This document shows positions 50,037-58,704 of a stretch of DNA of 64,000 nucleotides, piece by piece. Each line of letters starts with the position of its first letter. Within the stretch, counting starts at the first letter, position 1. Position numbers and translations under genes: made by a program. Below the pieces are notes generated by a model. It was not told where the DNA came from and ran no database searches. It was given only the letters and a program-made list of their open reading frames with translations. This DNA is from Bacillota bacterium (GTDB taxonomy: Bacteria > Bacillota > UBA5301 > JAMCQP01): NCBI GenBank assembly GCA_023381695.1, contig JAMCQP010000045.1, positions 6,263 to 70,262 on the forward strand. The letters run 5' to 3'.

Positions 50037-51275
50037 TTACCGCAGCCACTCCTTGGGGTTGACCGGCTTGCCGTCTTCACGCACCTCAAAGTGCACATGG
50101 TTCCCGGTGCTGTTTCCGGTGCTGCCCACCCTGGCGATCACCTGCCCCGGCCGGACCACCTCTCCCACCGTCGCCAGGTTCTCCGAATTGTGCGCGTACA
50201 GGGTGGTAACCCCTCCGCCGTGGTCGATGATCACCGTCTTGCCATAGCCGCCCTTCCAGCCCACAAAGATCACCCGTCCGCCGGCGGCGGCCTGAATCGG
50301 CGTGCCGTAGGGAACCGCCAGATCGAAGCCGGTGTGAAAGCTTCGCACCTTGAAGATCGGGTGAGTCCGCCATTCGAACCTGGAGGTTATCTTATAACCG
50401 GTCACCGGCCAGAGGAAAGAACCTGTTGACGGCGGAGCGCCTTCCAGCCGGCTGCCGCCTTGCTGCTGCAACCAGGTTTCCAGCTGTTTGGAGGTCTCCT
50501 CCTCCTCGGCCAGCGCCGCCTCATACATCTTTCGTTCATTCTGGATCGCGGAAAGCTGCTTCTCGCGCTGCACCTTCAGCTGCTCCATGGTGGCCACCGC
50601 GTTGACCGTCTCCCCGCGCAGGCTGGCCATTCTGGCGCGGGAACTTTCCAATTGGGCCTTACGCTGCTCAATCTTGGATTTTTCGGTCTCCACCACCGTC
50701 TTCTCCGCCTTTAACTTCTGGAATAGTTGGACATCGGCCTCCAGAATCCTCTGCAAGAGTTCCAGGCGGATCATAAAATCCGTAAAATCCTCCGCGGTGA
50801 AGAGAAGCTCCACATAGTTAAAGGCGCCCATCTCATAGATGGACCGCACCCGGCCGGCAAAACGCGCCTGAACCTGGGACATCTCCCCGTTGGCCACGGT
50901 CAGATCCGCCTCGGCATCGGAAAGCAGCCTTTCCGCCTCGGCCACCTGGCGAATGGAGGTCTGGAGATCCCGCTCAATCCTCCCCAGCCGGTCCCTGGTC
51001 CGGTCCAGTTCCTGTTCCGTCCGTTCCAGGGCGTCCAGGACCCTCTTCTCCTCCTTTTTGGTCCTGGTGATCTTGATCTGGGTGGAATAGATCTGCATAT
51101 TGATATCCTGCATCTCCGAGAGGGGATCCTTGGGCGCCTCGGGAGGCGGCTCGGACTTCTCCGCCCGGCTTACCGAAGGCGCAAGCGGCGACACGATTAA
51201 CGCCCCCATAACGAAAGCCGCCGCCAATATCCTCGTCAAACGTCCCATCCATCGCTGTTTACGCAACCAGTTCAT
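50037..51275 (-). CDS. EnvC-like coiled-coil/M23 peptidase
   Basis: Signal peptide, long coiled coil, M23 motifs HTGFD, YAH and HVHFEV. Confidence 0.9.
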   Translation of the reverse strand: MNWLRKQRWMGRLTRILAAAFVMGALIVSPLAPSVSRAEKSEPPPEAPKDPLSEMQDINMQIYSTQIKITRTKKEEKRVLDALERTEQELDRTRDRLGRIERDLQTSIRQVAEAERLLSDAEADLTVANGEMSQVQARFAGRVRSIYEMGAFNYVELLFTAEDFTDFMIRLELLQRILEADVQLFQKLKAEKTVVETEKSKIEQRKAQLESSRARMASLRGETVNAVATMEQLKVQREKQLSAIQNERKMYEAALAEEEETSKQLETWLQQQGGSRLEGAPPSTGSFLWPVTGYKITSRFEWRTHPIFKVRSFHTGFDLAVPYGTPIQAAAGGRVIFVGWKGGYGKTVIIDHGGGVTTLYAHNSENLATVGEVVRPGQVIARVGSTGNSTGNHVHFEVREDGKPVNPKEWLR

Positions 51276-51289
51276 GGCATGTCACTCCT

Positions 51290-52174
51290 TTACACATGCA
51301 AGAAGCGTTTCACCGAGATGAGACTCCCGATGGCTCCGATTAACGCCCCCGTCCCCATCAGAAAGACGGAGATCCTTGTCAGAATCGCATCATGGCTGAT
51401 CAAAGGCACAAAGGGCAAAGAGACCTGGGCCTTGTTCAGCAGGATCAGATAGCTCTGGTCCACCACCAGGGTGGCGATAACCGCCCCCGCCAACCCCAGA
51501 AACATTCCCTCGAAGAGAAACGGCCACCGGATAAACCAGTCCGTGGCCCCCACCAGCTTCATAATCTCGATCTCCCGCCGCCGGGCAAAGACGGTTAACC
51601 GGATGGTATTGGTGATGATGAAGATAATGGCCACGCTCAAGAGCAAGGCCGCAACACTGGTCAGAATCCACACCGTGCGGGTGAAGGCAAAGAGCCGGCT
51701 CACAAACTCCTTTCCATATGAAACCTTCTCCACCCCCGGAAGCCTGGCCACCTGCTCGGCGACCCACGGCAACCGTCCCGGCTCCCTGGTCCGCACCTCA
51801 ATCATATCCGGCAAGGGGTTGCCGCTGATGTAGTTGAAGATCTCGCCCCGGCCTCCGAATTGGTTCTTGAGCCGCTCCAGCGCCTTCTCCCGGGAGATGT
51901 AATCCACCGACTTCACCGTCTTGATATGTTTGATCTGATCTTCCAGAAAGGCCCGCTGTTCCGGGGCCAGATTATCTTTGAGAAAGGCCCGGATCTCCAC
52001 CCGGCCTTCGAGCACGCCGCCCACGTAGTTCAAATTGAAGATCAGAAGGAAAAAGGCTCCCAGGATAATCAGGGATAAAGAGGTGATGCTCACCGAGGCC
52101 AGGCTCATCAGCCCGTTCTGGCGAAAATTTTTGGCGCCCTGCAGGACAAGCCGTCCCACCGTCCTAATTCGCAT
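51290..52174 (-). CDS. ftsX: Cell division permease FtsX
   Basis: NPLP, NTIRLTVFARRREIEIMKLVGAT.WFIRWPF. Confidence 0.95.
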   Translation of the reverse strand: MRIRTVGRLVLQGAKNFRQNGLMSLASVSITSLSLIILGAFFLLIFNLNYVGGVLEGRVEIRAFLKDNLAPEQRAFLEDQIKHIKTVKSVDYISREKALERLKNQFGGRGEIFNYISGNPLPDMIEVRTREPGRLPWVAEQVARLPGVEKVSYGKEFVSRLFAFTRTVWILTSVAALLLSVAIIFIITNTIRLTVFARRREIEIMKLVGATDWFIRWPFLFEGMFLGLAGAVIATLVVDQSYLILLNKAQVSLPFVPLISHDAILTRISVFLMGTGALIGAIGSLISVKRFLHV

Positions 52175-52850
52175 AACCGTAAGCCCCCTCCCGCTCGTCC
52201 CGGATGATCCCGCCTTTTTCGATGGCCACCACCCGCCGTTTCATCCGGTTGACGATATCCCGGTTGTGGGTGGCCATGATCACCGTTGTCCCACGGTGGT
52301 TGATCTCGCTGAGCAGTTCCATGATCCCCCAGGAGGTGTCGGAGTCGAGATTTCCGGTGGGCTCGTCCGCCAGAAGGACAAGCGGGTTGTTGACGATGGC
52401 GCGTGCCATGGAGACGCGCTGTTGTTCGCCCCCCGAAAGCTGGTTGGGCATCATGTCGGCCTTGTCGCGCAACCCCACCAATTCCAGGATGGCGGGCACC
52501 CGCCGCCGGATCTCTTTGCGTGAGACCTCGATGACTTCAAGGGCGAAGGAGATGTTTTCATATACCGTCTTGTCGGGCAAGAGTTTGAAATCCTGAAAGA
52601 TGACGCCGGCGTTGCGCCGCAAGAGGGGAATTTCCTGGGGTTTGAGGCGGCTGACGTTCTTGCCGCCCACCAGGACCTGGCCTTCGGTGGGCAGCTCGCT
52701 GCCGATGATGAGCTTGATAAAGGTTGACTTCCCGGCGCCGCTGGGCCCCACCAGAAAGACAAAATCCCCCTTTGGAATATGCAGGTCGATGTTCGACAGC
52801 GCGACAACCCCGGTGTTATAGATCTTGCTGACGTTATAGAGTTGGATCAT
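52164..52850 (-). CDS. ftsE: Cell division ATP-binding protein FtsE
   Basis: GPSGAGKST, IFQDFKLL, LSGGEQQRV, ADEPTGNLD. Confidence 0.95.
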   Translation of the reverse strand: MIQLYNVSKIYNTGVVALSNIDLHIPKGDFVFLVGPSGAGKSTFIKLIIGSELPTEGQVLVGGKNVSRLKPQEIPLLRRNAGVIFQDFKLLPDKTVYENISFALEVIEVSRKEIRRRVPAILELVGLRDKADMMPNQLSGGEQQRVSMARAIVNNPLVLLADEPTGNLDSDTSWGIMELLSEINHRGTTVIMATHNRDIVNRMKRRVVAIEKGGIIRDEREGAYGYAN

Positions 52851-52912
52851 GGCTAGCTCCTTCCAAAAGCCAAAGCGACAAAATCCTAAAAAAATCGGCC
52901 CAATCCTAGTTA

Positions 52913-52941
52913 ATTATAGTCCATCAGCGCGAGGTTTTCAA
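52913..52941 (-). promoter_or_regulatory. Sigma-A promoter for the ftsEX operon
   Basis: TTGAAA-17 nt-TATAAT. Confidence 0.7.
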
Positions 52942-53110
52942 CCCAAAACTCGGAAGTTATCACGGTTAACTTAACCAGTTAGCTCCGGTTAGCTCATTAA
53001 ATCCGGGTTTCGCTCTGGCGGGTCATAAGCAGAAAAAATATAAAACCATTACGGATGAACGTTCGGTAGGTTATAATAGAAATCCTGGTGGCAAAAAGGC
53101 TCCATCGCGT

Positions 53111-53222
53111 AAAAGAAAAACGCTAGGGTCAATGATGCCCTAGCACATTAGCAAAAAACTTCCTCACTCCCGGGTCGTAACACCCTCCGGGGAAGATGCC
53201 CGCTCGAACGGGTGTCTTCCCC
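53111..53222 (-). ncRNA. Candidate small RNA (~110 nt), family unknown
   Basis: TTGACA-17-CATAAT promoter (53254-53226) immediately before a 14-bp hairpin; ends in a GCTAGGG/CCCTAGC stem plus TTTTTCTTTT; no credible ORF inside. Confidence 0.5.
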
Positions 53223-53225
53223 TCT

Positions 53226-53254
53226 ATTATGCCCCGTAAGCCGGCTTTTGTCAA
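53226..53254 (-). promoter_or_regulatory. Near-consensus sigma-A promoter driving the candidate sRNA
   Basis: TTGACA-AAAGCCGGCTTACGGGG-CATAAT. Confidence 0.65.
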
Positions 53255-53274
53255 CAAATTTTTCGGTTATTCTT

Positions 53275-54399
53275 TCAAACGACCTTTCTCACTTCCCCGG
53301 CGTAGGCCAGGATCCGGGCGAGGGTCTTCTCCCGCAACGCGCCGACGGTGGCAAAGTCCATGTTGGGTACGTAGTAGCTTTCCATCTTGTCGTGGGTCTT
53401 CTTGGCCCTGGCAATGAACGAGACCGCCCTGTCAAACAGCCGGGCGAACTCCTCCCGATCGAAGGCCACCACGTCGGCGTACTTCTCCACCACCTTCCGG
53501 GAGAGGCACTCGTTCATGTCGATTACCAGGTCGGTCTCATCCGCCGGGTAGATATGCGGCTCGGCCGACGTCACCACCGCCACGCCCAGCCTGGGGATGA
53601 TCAGATGCTCCACCTTGCCGGGATCCAGCGCGCAATGGTAGATTTCCACGTCGTAACCGTGCTCCACGGCGGTCGCCGCCACCTTGCCCACCAGGGTGGA
53701 CTTCCCGGTGCCGGGTTCTCCCTGGATGATATACTTGGTGGGCATCGGCCCCACCACCGTCTCCAGGTAGTTCAGCGGGCCATCCGGAGTGATCGCGCTG
53801 GCGAAGAGGTGGCGTTCCTTGCCGACCCGGGCGGTCATGCGGACGACCTTCTTGCGGGCGAAGATCTGGTCCAGAACCGCTACCGCCTTCTTGTTGGCGG
53901 CCGCAGAATTCATCCCCTCGATATTGGCCGCCTCCCAGTCGTCGTGGATGGTCTTGGCGGCCCTCAAAAACCGGTAAGCCCGCGCAAAGAAGCGGCCGAC
54001 CTCCCGGTTGCACTCCATGATCTCCGCCTTGTGCGCCCGCATCTTGCTCTCATCCCAAAAGTCGCCCAGGTGGATGATCTCGTCCACGCAGCCCGGATTC
54101 TTGGGATCCACAACATGCGGCGCCGTCCCGTCGATCATCGCCACGCCGATCTCCGGCACCACCACCCCATCCAGGGAACCATTGTCGGAGGAGCAGTGCA
54201 TGTACTCCACGTCAAAGCCCCGCTCCACCATCGCTTCCCCGATGGCGTGCATGAAGGTCGATTTGCCGACCCCCGGCCCCCCCTTGATGACCATGATCCG
54301 CCGGGCATCCGGTTCGATGATGTAATCGTAAAAAGAGTGGAACCCCACCCCCGTATTCCCGCCCGGAAAGACTCTTTTGATCGCGCCCTGTCTTGCCAT
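53275..54399 (-). CDS. PRK06851-family tandem P-loop NTPase
   Basis: FPGGNT..GF.SF, KGGPGVGKST, HCSSD..SLDG, DGTAPH, second Walker A GEPGTGKST. Confidence 0.85.
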   Translation of the reverse strand: MARQGAIKRVFPGGNTGVGFHSFYDYIIEPDARRIMVIKGGPGVGKSTFMHAIGEAMVERGFDVEYMHCSSDNGSLDGVVVPEIGVAMIDGTAPHVVDPKNPGCVDEIIHLGDFWDESKMRAHKAEIMECNREVGRFFARAYRFLRAAKTIHDDWEAANIEGMNSAAANKKAVAVLDQIFARKKVVRMTARVGKERHLFASAITPDGPLNYLETVVGPMPTKYIIQGEPGTGKSTLVGKVAATAVEHGYDVEIYHCALDPGKVEHLIIPRLGVAVVTSAEPHIYPADETDLVIDMNECLSRKVVEKYADVVAFDREEFARLFDRAVSFIARAKKTHDKMESYYVPNMDFATVGALREKTLARILAYAGEVRKVV

Positions 54400-54500
54400 T
54401 GGTTAGAACCTCTCCTTCCTCATACCTGATGGTAATTACAGATCTATTAAGCAGGATCCGCCCCGGTGTCTGTCCGCCCGGCGGGACAACATATGGAACC

Positions 54501-54629
54501 TCATTTCCCGGTGCCCACCAGGCCGCCCTTGTGATCCATTTCCCCGGCGCCATGGGCCCCCGCATGTTCCTCGAAAGCAAAGACCGGGAAGTTCTCAATT
54601 TGCCGGTTTTCCATGTTTCCCACGTCCAT
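54501..54629 (-). CDS. Possible 42-aa small protein
   Basis: ATG at 54629 preceded by GGGGGTGTGAGG; MDVGNMENRQIENFPVFAFEEHAGAHGAGEMDHKGGLVGTGK; no recognisable family. Confidence 0.3.
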   Translation of the reverse strand: MDVGNMENRQIENFPVFAFEEHAGAHGAGEMDHKGGLVGTGK

Positions 54630-54771
54630 CCTCACACCCCCGTCCCCGTCAACTCTTTCCTTTTTTCAGCATCCATGTTAGCCCAAAAATCTTGTGAAAG
54701 CCTGACGAAATCCCTGCAAGACCGCTGCAAAGCTATTGCAAAAATGCAGCCGGTAGGACGAGAGCCATAAT

Positions 54772-54805
54772 AAAACCAGGATACCTGAAATAAGGCATCC
54801 TGGTT
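54772..54805 (-). terminator. Rho-independent terminator after the FAD/Fe-S oxidoreductase
   Basis: AACCAGGATGCCT...AGGTATCCTGGTT followed by TTATT. Confidence 0.75.
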
Positions 54806-54862
54806 CTTCCGGGGGGGTATTAATACGGGTTATTTTGCCCGTTTTTCAGCCGGGCGCCGTCT

Positions 54863-57800
54863 TCAACCAGCGATTGACATGGTCTTGCGCCCCTTGAGGT
54901 ACTCGATCATCGGCGGAATCACCAGCGGCAAGATCGAGGGCAGCATCTTCGGCATCAGGTTTTCCATGACCTTGGGCATGAGATCGGGCATCTGCTTCTT
55001 CATGTCCTCCGGCATCGAGATGCGCCTCTCCACCGCCGCCAGCATGTCCGGCATCACCTTGGGCATCATGCCGGGCAAAAGCCGCGGGAAGAGTTTCGGG
55101 AAGACCGGCCGCATGGCCTCCAGCGCCGCGGAACGCGCCGACGGCGGCAGGGCCTGAACCATATCCATCATCGCCCCCAGCGGGCGCGGCATGGCCTTCA
55201 TCATCTGCGGCAGGAGTTCCACCATCAGACTGGCCATCTGTTCTGGCTCCATGAGGTCGATCATCTTTTCAAAGACCGTCCATATCTCATAGACATAGCC
55301 CGTGGGGTCCGGGTACTCATAACCCAGCGCCTTGGCGGTCAAGGAGGCCAGATCTTTTACCGGCATATTGATCCCGGCGTTGTTGGCGCTGACCCGCAAC
55401 TGGAATTCGCAGCACGGGCAAATGGCCACCATCGCCTCCGCGCCGGTGTCCACCGCCTCCTGCACCCGCATCGCCCCCAGGTTGTCGGAGGTGGGCTTGG
55501 GTTCTCCAATCCGGGTTAACACCGAGCCGCAGCACATGGATTGCTCGCGGTTGTGCGCCATCTCCACCAGTTCCACGCCGGGGATCGCCTTGAGAAGGTT
55601 GCGCGGCGCGTCGTAGATCTTTCCGGCCCGGCCCAGATGGCAGGAATCGTGGAAGGTCACCCTGGCCTTGAGTTCCGCCGGAACCGGCAGCTTCCCGGCC
55701 GCGATCTGCTCCGTGATCACCTCGGAATAATGCCTGGCCTCCAGCCCGTATTCGATGCCAAGCTTTTCGGCCCATTGCGGGTAGTAGGTGTGCCAGACCA
55801 GCCAGCACGCCGGACAGGAGGTCACCACGGTCTTCACGCCGTGGGACTTCATGGCGGTGATATTTTTCCGCATGTTGGATTCCCAGATATCCCACTTGCC
55901 GGCCACCAGCATCGGAATCCCGCAGCAATTCTCCTCCTGACCGATGTAGGTGAATTTCACCCCGGCCGCATCCAGCAGGGTCACCGCCGCCTTGGCGATA
56001 TCCGGCTCCACATACGAGGCGGTGCATCCGGCAAAATAGGCGATCTCGCTCTTCTCGGAGATCTTCTGCTTGAGATCGGGGGTCACCCAACTGTCCCGCT
56101 TCTCACGGAAACCAGCCCAGATGTTGCCCTGGTTGTTCAGGCTGGCGCCCATGATCTCAAAAGGCGGGAAGGTCATATAGCCCTTGTTCTGCACCAGGTC
56201 GCCCCGCATCTGGCCCCAGGAAGGCTCAATCGGCAGATCGAGCTGGCATTCCAGGTCGCACTTTTCACAGGTGGTGCACAGCAGGAAGGTGTTCACCATC
56301 TTCTGGTCGAATTTCGCCCGGCCATTGAGCACCTCTCGCAAGAAGTACCACTTGCCGCGCGGCGAAGCGGACTCCCACTGGCGCCCGCTGTGCAGGGTGC
56401 AAGCCTCGGTGCAGTAACCACACTGCGCGCAGGTATAGGAATACCAGGCCACATCGGGCGGGATCCTCCGGTTTGGCATCGACCGTTCGCCCAACTTCGG
56501 CATGGCCAGGGCGGCGAAAGGACGCGCCAGCGGTTCCGCCATCTCCGCCAGCCGCACCAGAGTCCCAAGAGGGCCGTTTTTAACCACCTTGCCCGGGTTC
56601 ATGATATTTTTCACATCAATTTTTCTCTTGTACTCCCGGAGTTTATCCCAACTCTTGCCCAGCACGAAAGGTCCTTTGTGACCCATGAAAGATCCGGTTG
56701 CGTAAGCGCGCCCCCCGAGCTTCTGGGCCAGGCGGATCACGGTCAGGGAATAAAGGTACGCCAGGTTAAACTTGAGCGTCCGCTCGTCGTGCGGGATGAA
56801 GCCAAGCAGCACCACCTCGCCGCCCTTGACCAGCATCCCTTCAATCACAAACGGCAGCCGGACGGCGCGTTCAATATTGGCCAGCATCACGCCTAAAGAA
56901 GCCAGCGGCACCACCACTTCCGCGGGTACCAGGGACGGGCCAAGCCTTTTGACCTTCATGGGCGAGAAACGCTCCGCCCATTCGTGGGCGGCAATCTCCT
57001 GCGCCAGCACATTGCCGCCGGCCAGCCGCACCGTCTCTTCCACGACATGACGCTGCAACCCCTCTCCCGGATCCCAGGCCAAAACCGCGATATACCCCAC
57101 GGGAATCTGCGGGCGGCGCTCCTCGGACTTGCCGTGGTGCGTCCGGGGCGGGAGCTGGTTCTTGAGCCGGATCATCTCCGGGTTCAAAAAGCTGATGGAC
57201 CAGACTGGCAGTGCCATCTCCTGCACCCGGTTTAAAAATTTGGCCAGCTGGGCTGCGGTCTCAAACCACGCGGCCAGCAGTGATCCCTCAAAATTGGGCC
57301 GGATCCGGACGGTCGCCTGGCTGATCAATCCGGTGACGCCGCCCGACCCGTAAACCAGATTCAGATCATCCCCGGCAAAAGTCCGCGTCTCCCCCGTCGG
57401 CAGGACGACTTCCGCCGAGACGACGTTTTCATTGAGCCAGCCGTACTTGAAGCTGCCCAGCCCGCCGCCGCCTTGCGCCAGCCAGCCGCCCACCGACGAG
57501 GAGGGGTAGCTGGTGGGATACAGCCGAAGAGTCAACCCCTTCTCTTTCAGAGCCTCATCCAGCCGCTTCCAGATTATACCCGGTTCCACCGCGACGGTGA
57601 GTTGCCGCGCATCAACGGAAAGGATCCTGTTCAGCCGGGAAAAATCCACCACTACCGCTTTTTTGCCCGGAACCGCCCCGCCGTATCCCGCCGTGGCCCT
57701 GCCGCGCGGGACAAGGGGAATCTGGTGCTTGTGAGCCCATTGAACCAATTTTACCAGCTCATCACGGTTTTCCGGCTGAACCACCGCCGCCGGAACGGTC

Positions 57801-57931
57801 TTCCCTTGCAGGAGTTGGGCCGGCCGCGGCAAGATGCCGGTATCGTGGCCGTAAAGCATTCTCTCGATTGGATCAAAATTTACCCGGTCCTGGAAGGCAT
57901 CTTTCAGTTCTTTTTGCGCCTGAGGATTCAT
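54863..57931 (-). CDS. Fused FAD-binding oxidoreductase (GlcD/LDH-type) plus 4Fe-4S and two CCG domains, with a Met/Pro-rich C-terminus
   Basis: PRGRATAGYGGAVP, VEPG, SVGGW, NPGK; CAQCGYC..AC, CTTCEKCDLEC; FAGC, CCG, SCPAC; FHDSCH, CCG, CPCC. Confidence 0.88.
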   Translation of the reverse strand: MNPQAQKELKDAFQDRVNFDPIERMLYGHDTGILPRPAQLLQGKTVPAAVVQPENRDELVKLVQWAHKHQIPLVPRGRATAGYGGAVPGKKAVVVDFSRLNRILSVDARQLTVAVEPGIIWKRLDEALKEKGLTLRLYPTSYPSSSVGGWLAQGGGGLGSFKYGWLNENVVSAEVVLPTGETRTFAGDDLNLVYGSGGVTGLISQATVRIRPNFEGSLLAAWFETAAQLAKFLNRVQEMALPVWSISFLNPEMIRLKNQLPPRTHHGKSEERRPQIPVGYIAVLAWDPGEGLQRHVVEETVRLAGGNVLAQEIAAHEWAERFSPMKVKRLGPSLVPAEVVVPLASLGVMLANIERAVRLPFVIEGMLVKGGEVVLLGFIPHDERTLKFNLAYLYSLTVIRLAQKLGGRAYATGSFMGHKGPFVLGKSWDKLREYKRKIDVKNIMNPGKVVKNGPLGTLVRLAEMAEPLARPFAALAMPKLGERSMPNRRIPPDVAWYSYTCAQCGYCTEACTLHSGRQWESASPRGKWYFLREVLNGRAKFDQKMVNTFLLCTTCEKCDLECQLDLPIEPSWGQMRGDLVQNKGYMTFPPFEIMGASLNNQGNIWAGFREKRDSWVTPDLKQKISEKSEIAYFAGCTASYVEPDIAKAAVTLLDAAGVKFTYIGQEENCCGIPMLVAGKWDIWESNMRKNITAMKSHGVKTVVTSCPACWLVWHTYYPQWAEKLGIEYGLEARHYSEVITEQIAAGKLPVPAELKARVTFHDSCHLGRAGKIYDAPRNLLKAIPGVELVEMAHNREQSMCCGSVLTRIGEPKPTSDNLGAMRVQEAVDTGAEAMVAICPCCEFQLRVSANNAGINMPVKDLASLTAKALGYEYPDPTGYVYEIWTVFEKMIDLMEPEQMASLMVELLPQMMKAMPRPLGAMMDMVQALPPSARSAALEAMRPVFPKLFPRLLPGMMPKVMPDMLAAVERRISMPEDMKKQMPDLMPKVMENLMPKMLPSILPLVIPPMIEYLKGRKTMSIAG

Positions 57932-57977
57932 CTTTTATCCCTCCATCTTTGATAGCCCCTTTTTGATCGATCCTTCT

Positions 57978-57995
57978 TTGTGGTCATCTTCACAA
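57978..57995. promoter_or_regulatory. Rex-like operator upstream of the oxidoreductase
   Basis: TTGTGAA-GATG-ACCACAA (minus strand), two mismatches to TTGTGAA-N4-TTCACAA. Confidence 0.45.
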
Positions 57996-58038
57996 TTACC
58001 GATGGCCTTTCACCCTGTCATTTTGTCTCTCCACCAAA

Positions 58039-58392
58039 TCACGCCCCTCGCACGTCCGCCTCCTCCATGGCTCGTACCAACTTTTGCTGCCGGCGCAGGA
58101 TCGCCGTCATCACCTCCCGGAGTTTGTCCAGGGCGTCGGTGACCTGGGTTTCGGTGAGCGAGTAATAGATGTTCTGCCCGTTTCGCTCGGTTTGCACCAG
58201 GCCGCGTTCCCGCAAGACCTTCAAATGGCGGGATGTGGTGACCTGCCCCAGTTTCAACTCCTTCGCCAGTTCCCCGACACTTTTGGTTCCCTCGCGAAGC
58301 TCGTAAAGAATGGCGATTCGCTTGGCATCCGCCAACGCCTGGCAAATCTGCGCATGAAACAATTGTAACTCCTCCGGCAGGGGCTTTACCAA
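58039..58392 (-). CDS. ArsR/SmtB-family transcriptional regulator
   Basis: CQALADAKRIAIL, SVGEL, SRHLKVLRERGLV, IYYSL; strong AAGGAGG RBS. Confidence 0.92.
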   Translation of the reverse strand: MVKPLPEELQLFHAQICQALADAKRIAILYELREGTKSVGELAKELKLGQVTTSRHLKVLRERGLVQTERNGQNIYYSLTETQVTDALDKLREVMTAILRRQQKLVRAMEEADVRGA

Positions 58393-58431
58393 GGCTTTTC
58401 ACCTCCTTTGAACGTCTTCTCATATTCTCAT

Positions 58432-58449
58432 TTGTGCAATATTGCACAA
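58432..58449. promoter_or_regulatory. Perfect 18-bp palindrome (Rex-like or ArsR operator)
   Basis: TTGTGCAATATTGCACAA; a second perfect palindrome ATATATACGTATATAT lies at 58483-58498. Confidence 0.6.
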
Positions 58450-58644
58450 TTTAAATCGCATTATGCCCATCTGCACAATCTAATATATACGTATATATGT
58501 AAATACCAATGTGATTATACCACCCGGCAAAACCAAATTGCAATACCCTGGTGGGGTTATATAAAAAAACCTCTGCTCAGCCGCAATACAAGCCAATTCA
58601 GAAGTCTTTAAAGCCCCTACCCTGTTCTTTTATGGATTTTTCAT

Positions 58645-58675
58645 ACGAAGGGAGGAGTCCGGCTCCTCCCTTCGT
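58645..58675. terminator. Strong hairpin downstream of the sugar-binding protein gene
   Basis: 13-bp stem ACGAAGGGAGGAG/CTCCTCCCTTCGT; no immediate U tract on the minus strand. Confidence 0.55.
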
Positions 58676-58704
58676 GACACCTATGCCATTTGAATTGGCC
58701 ACCT

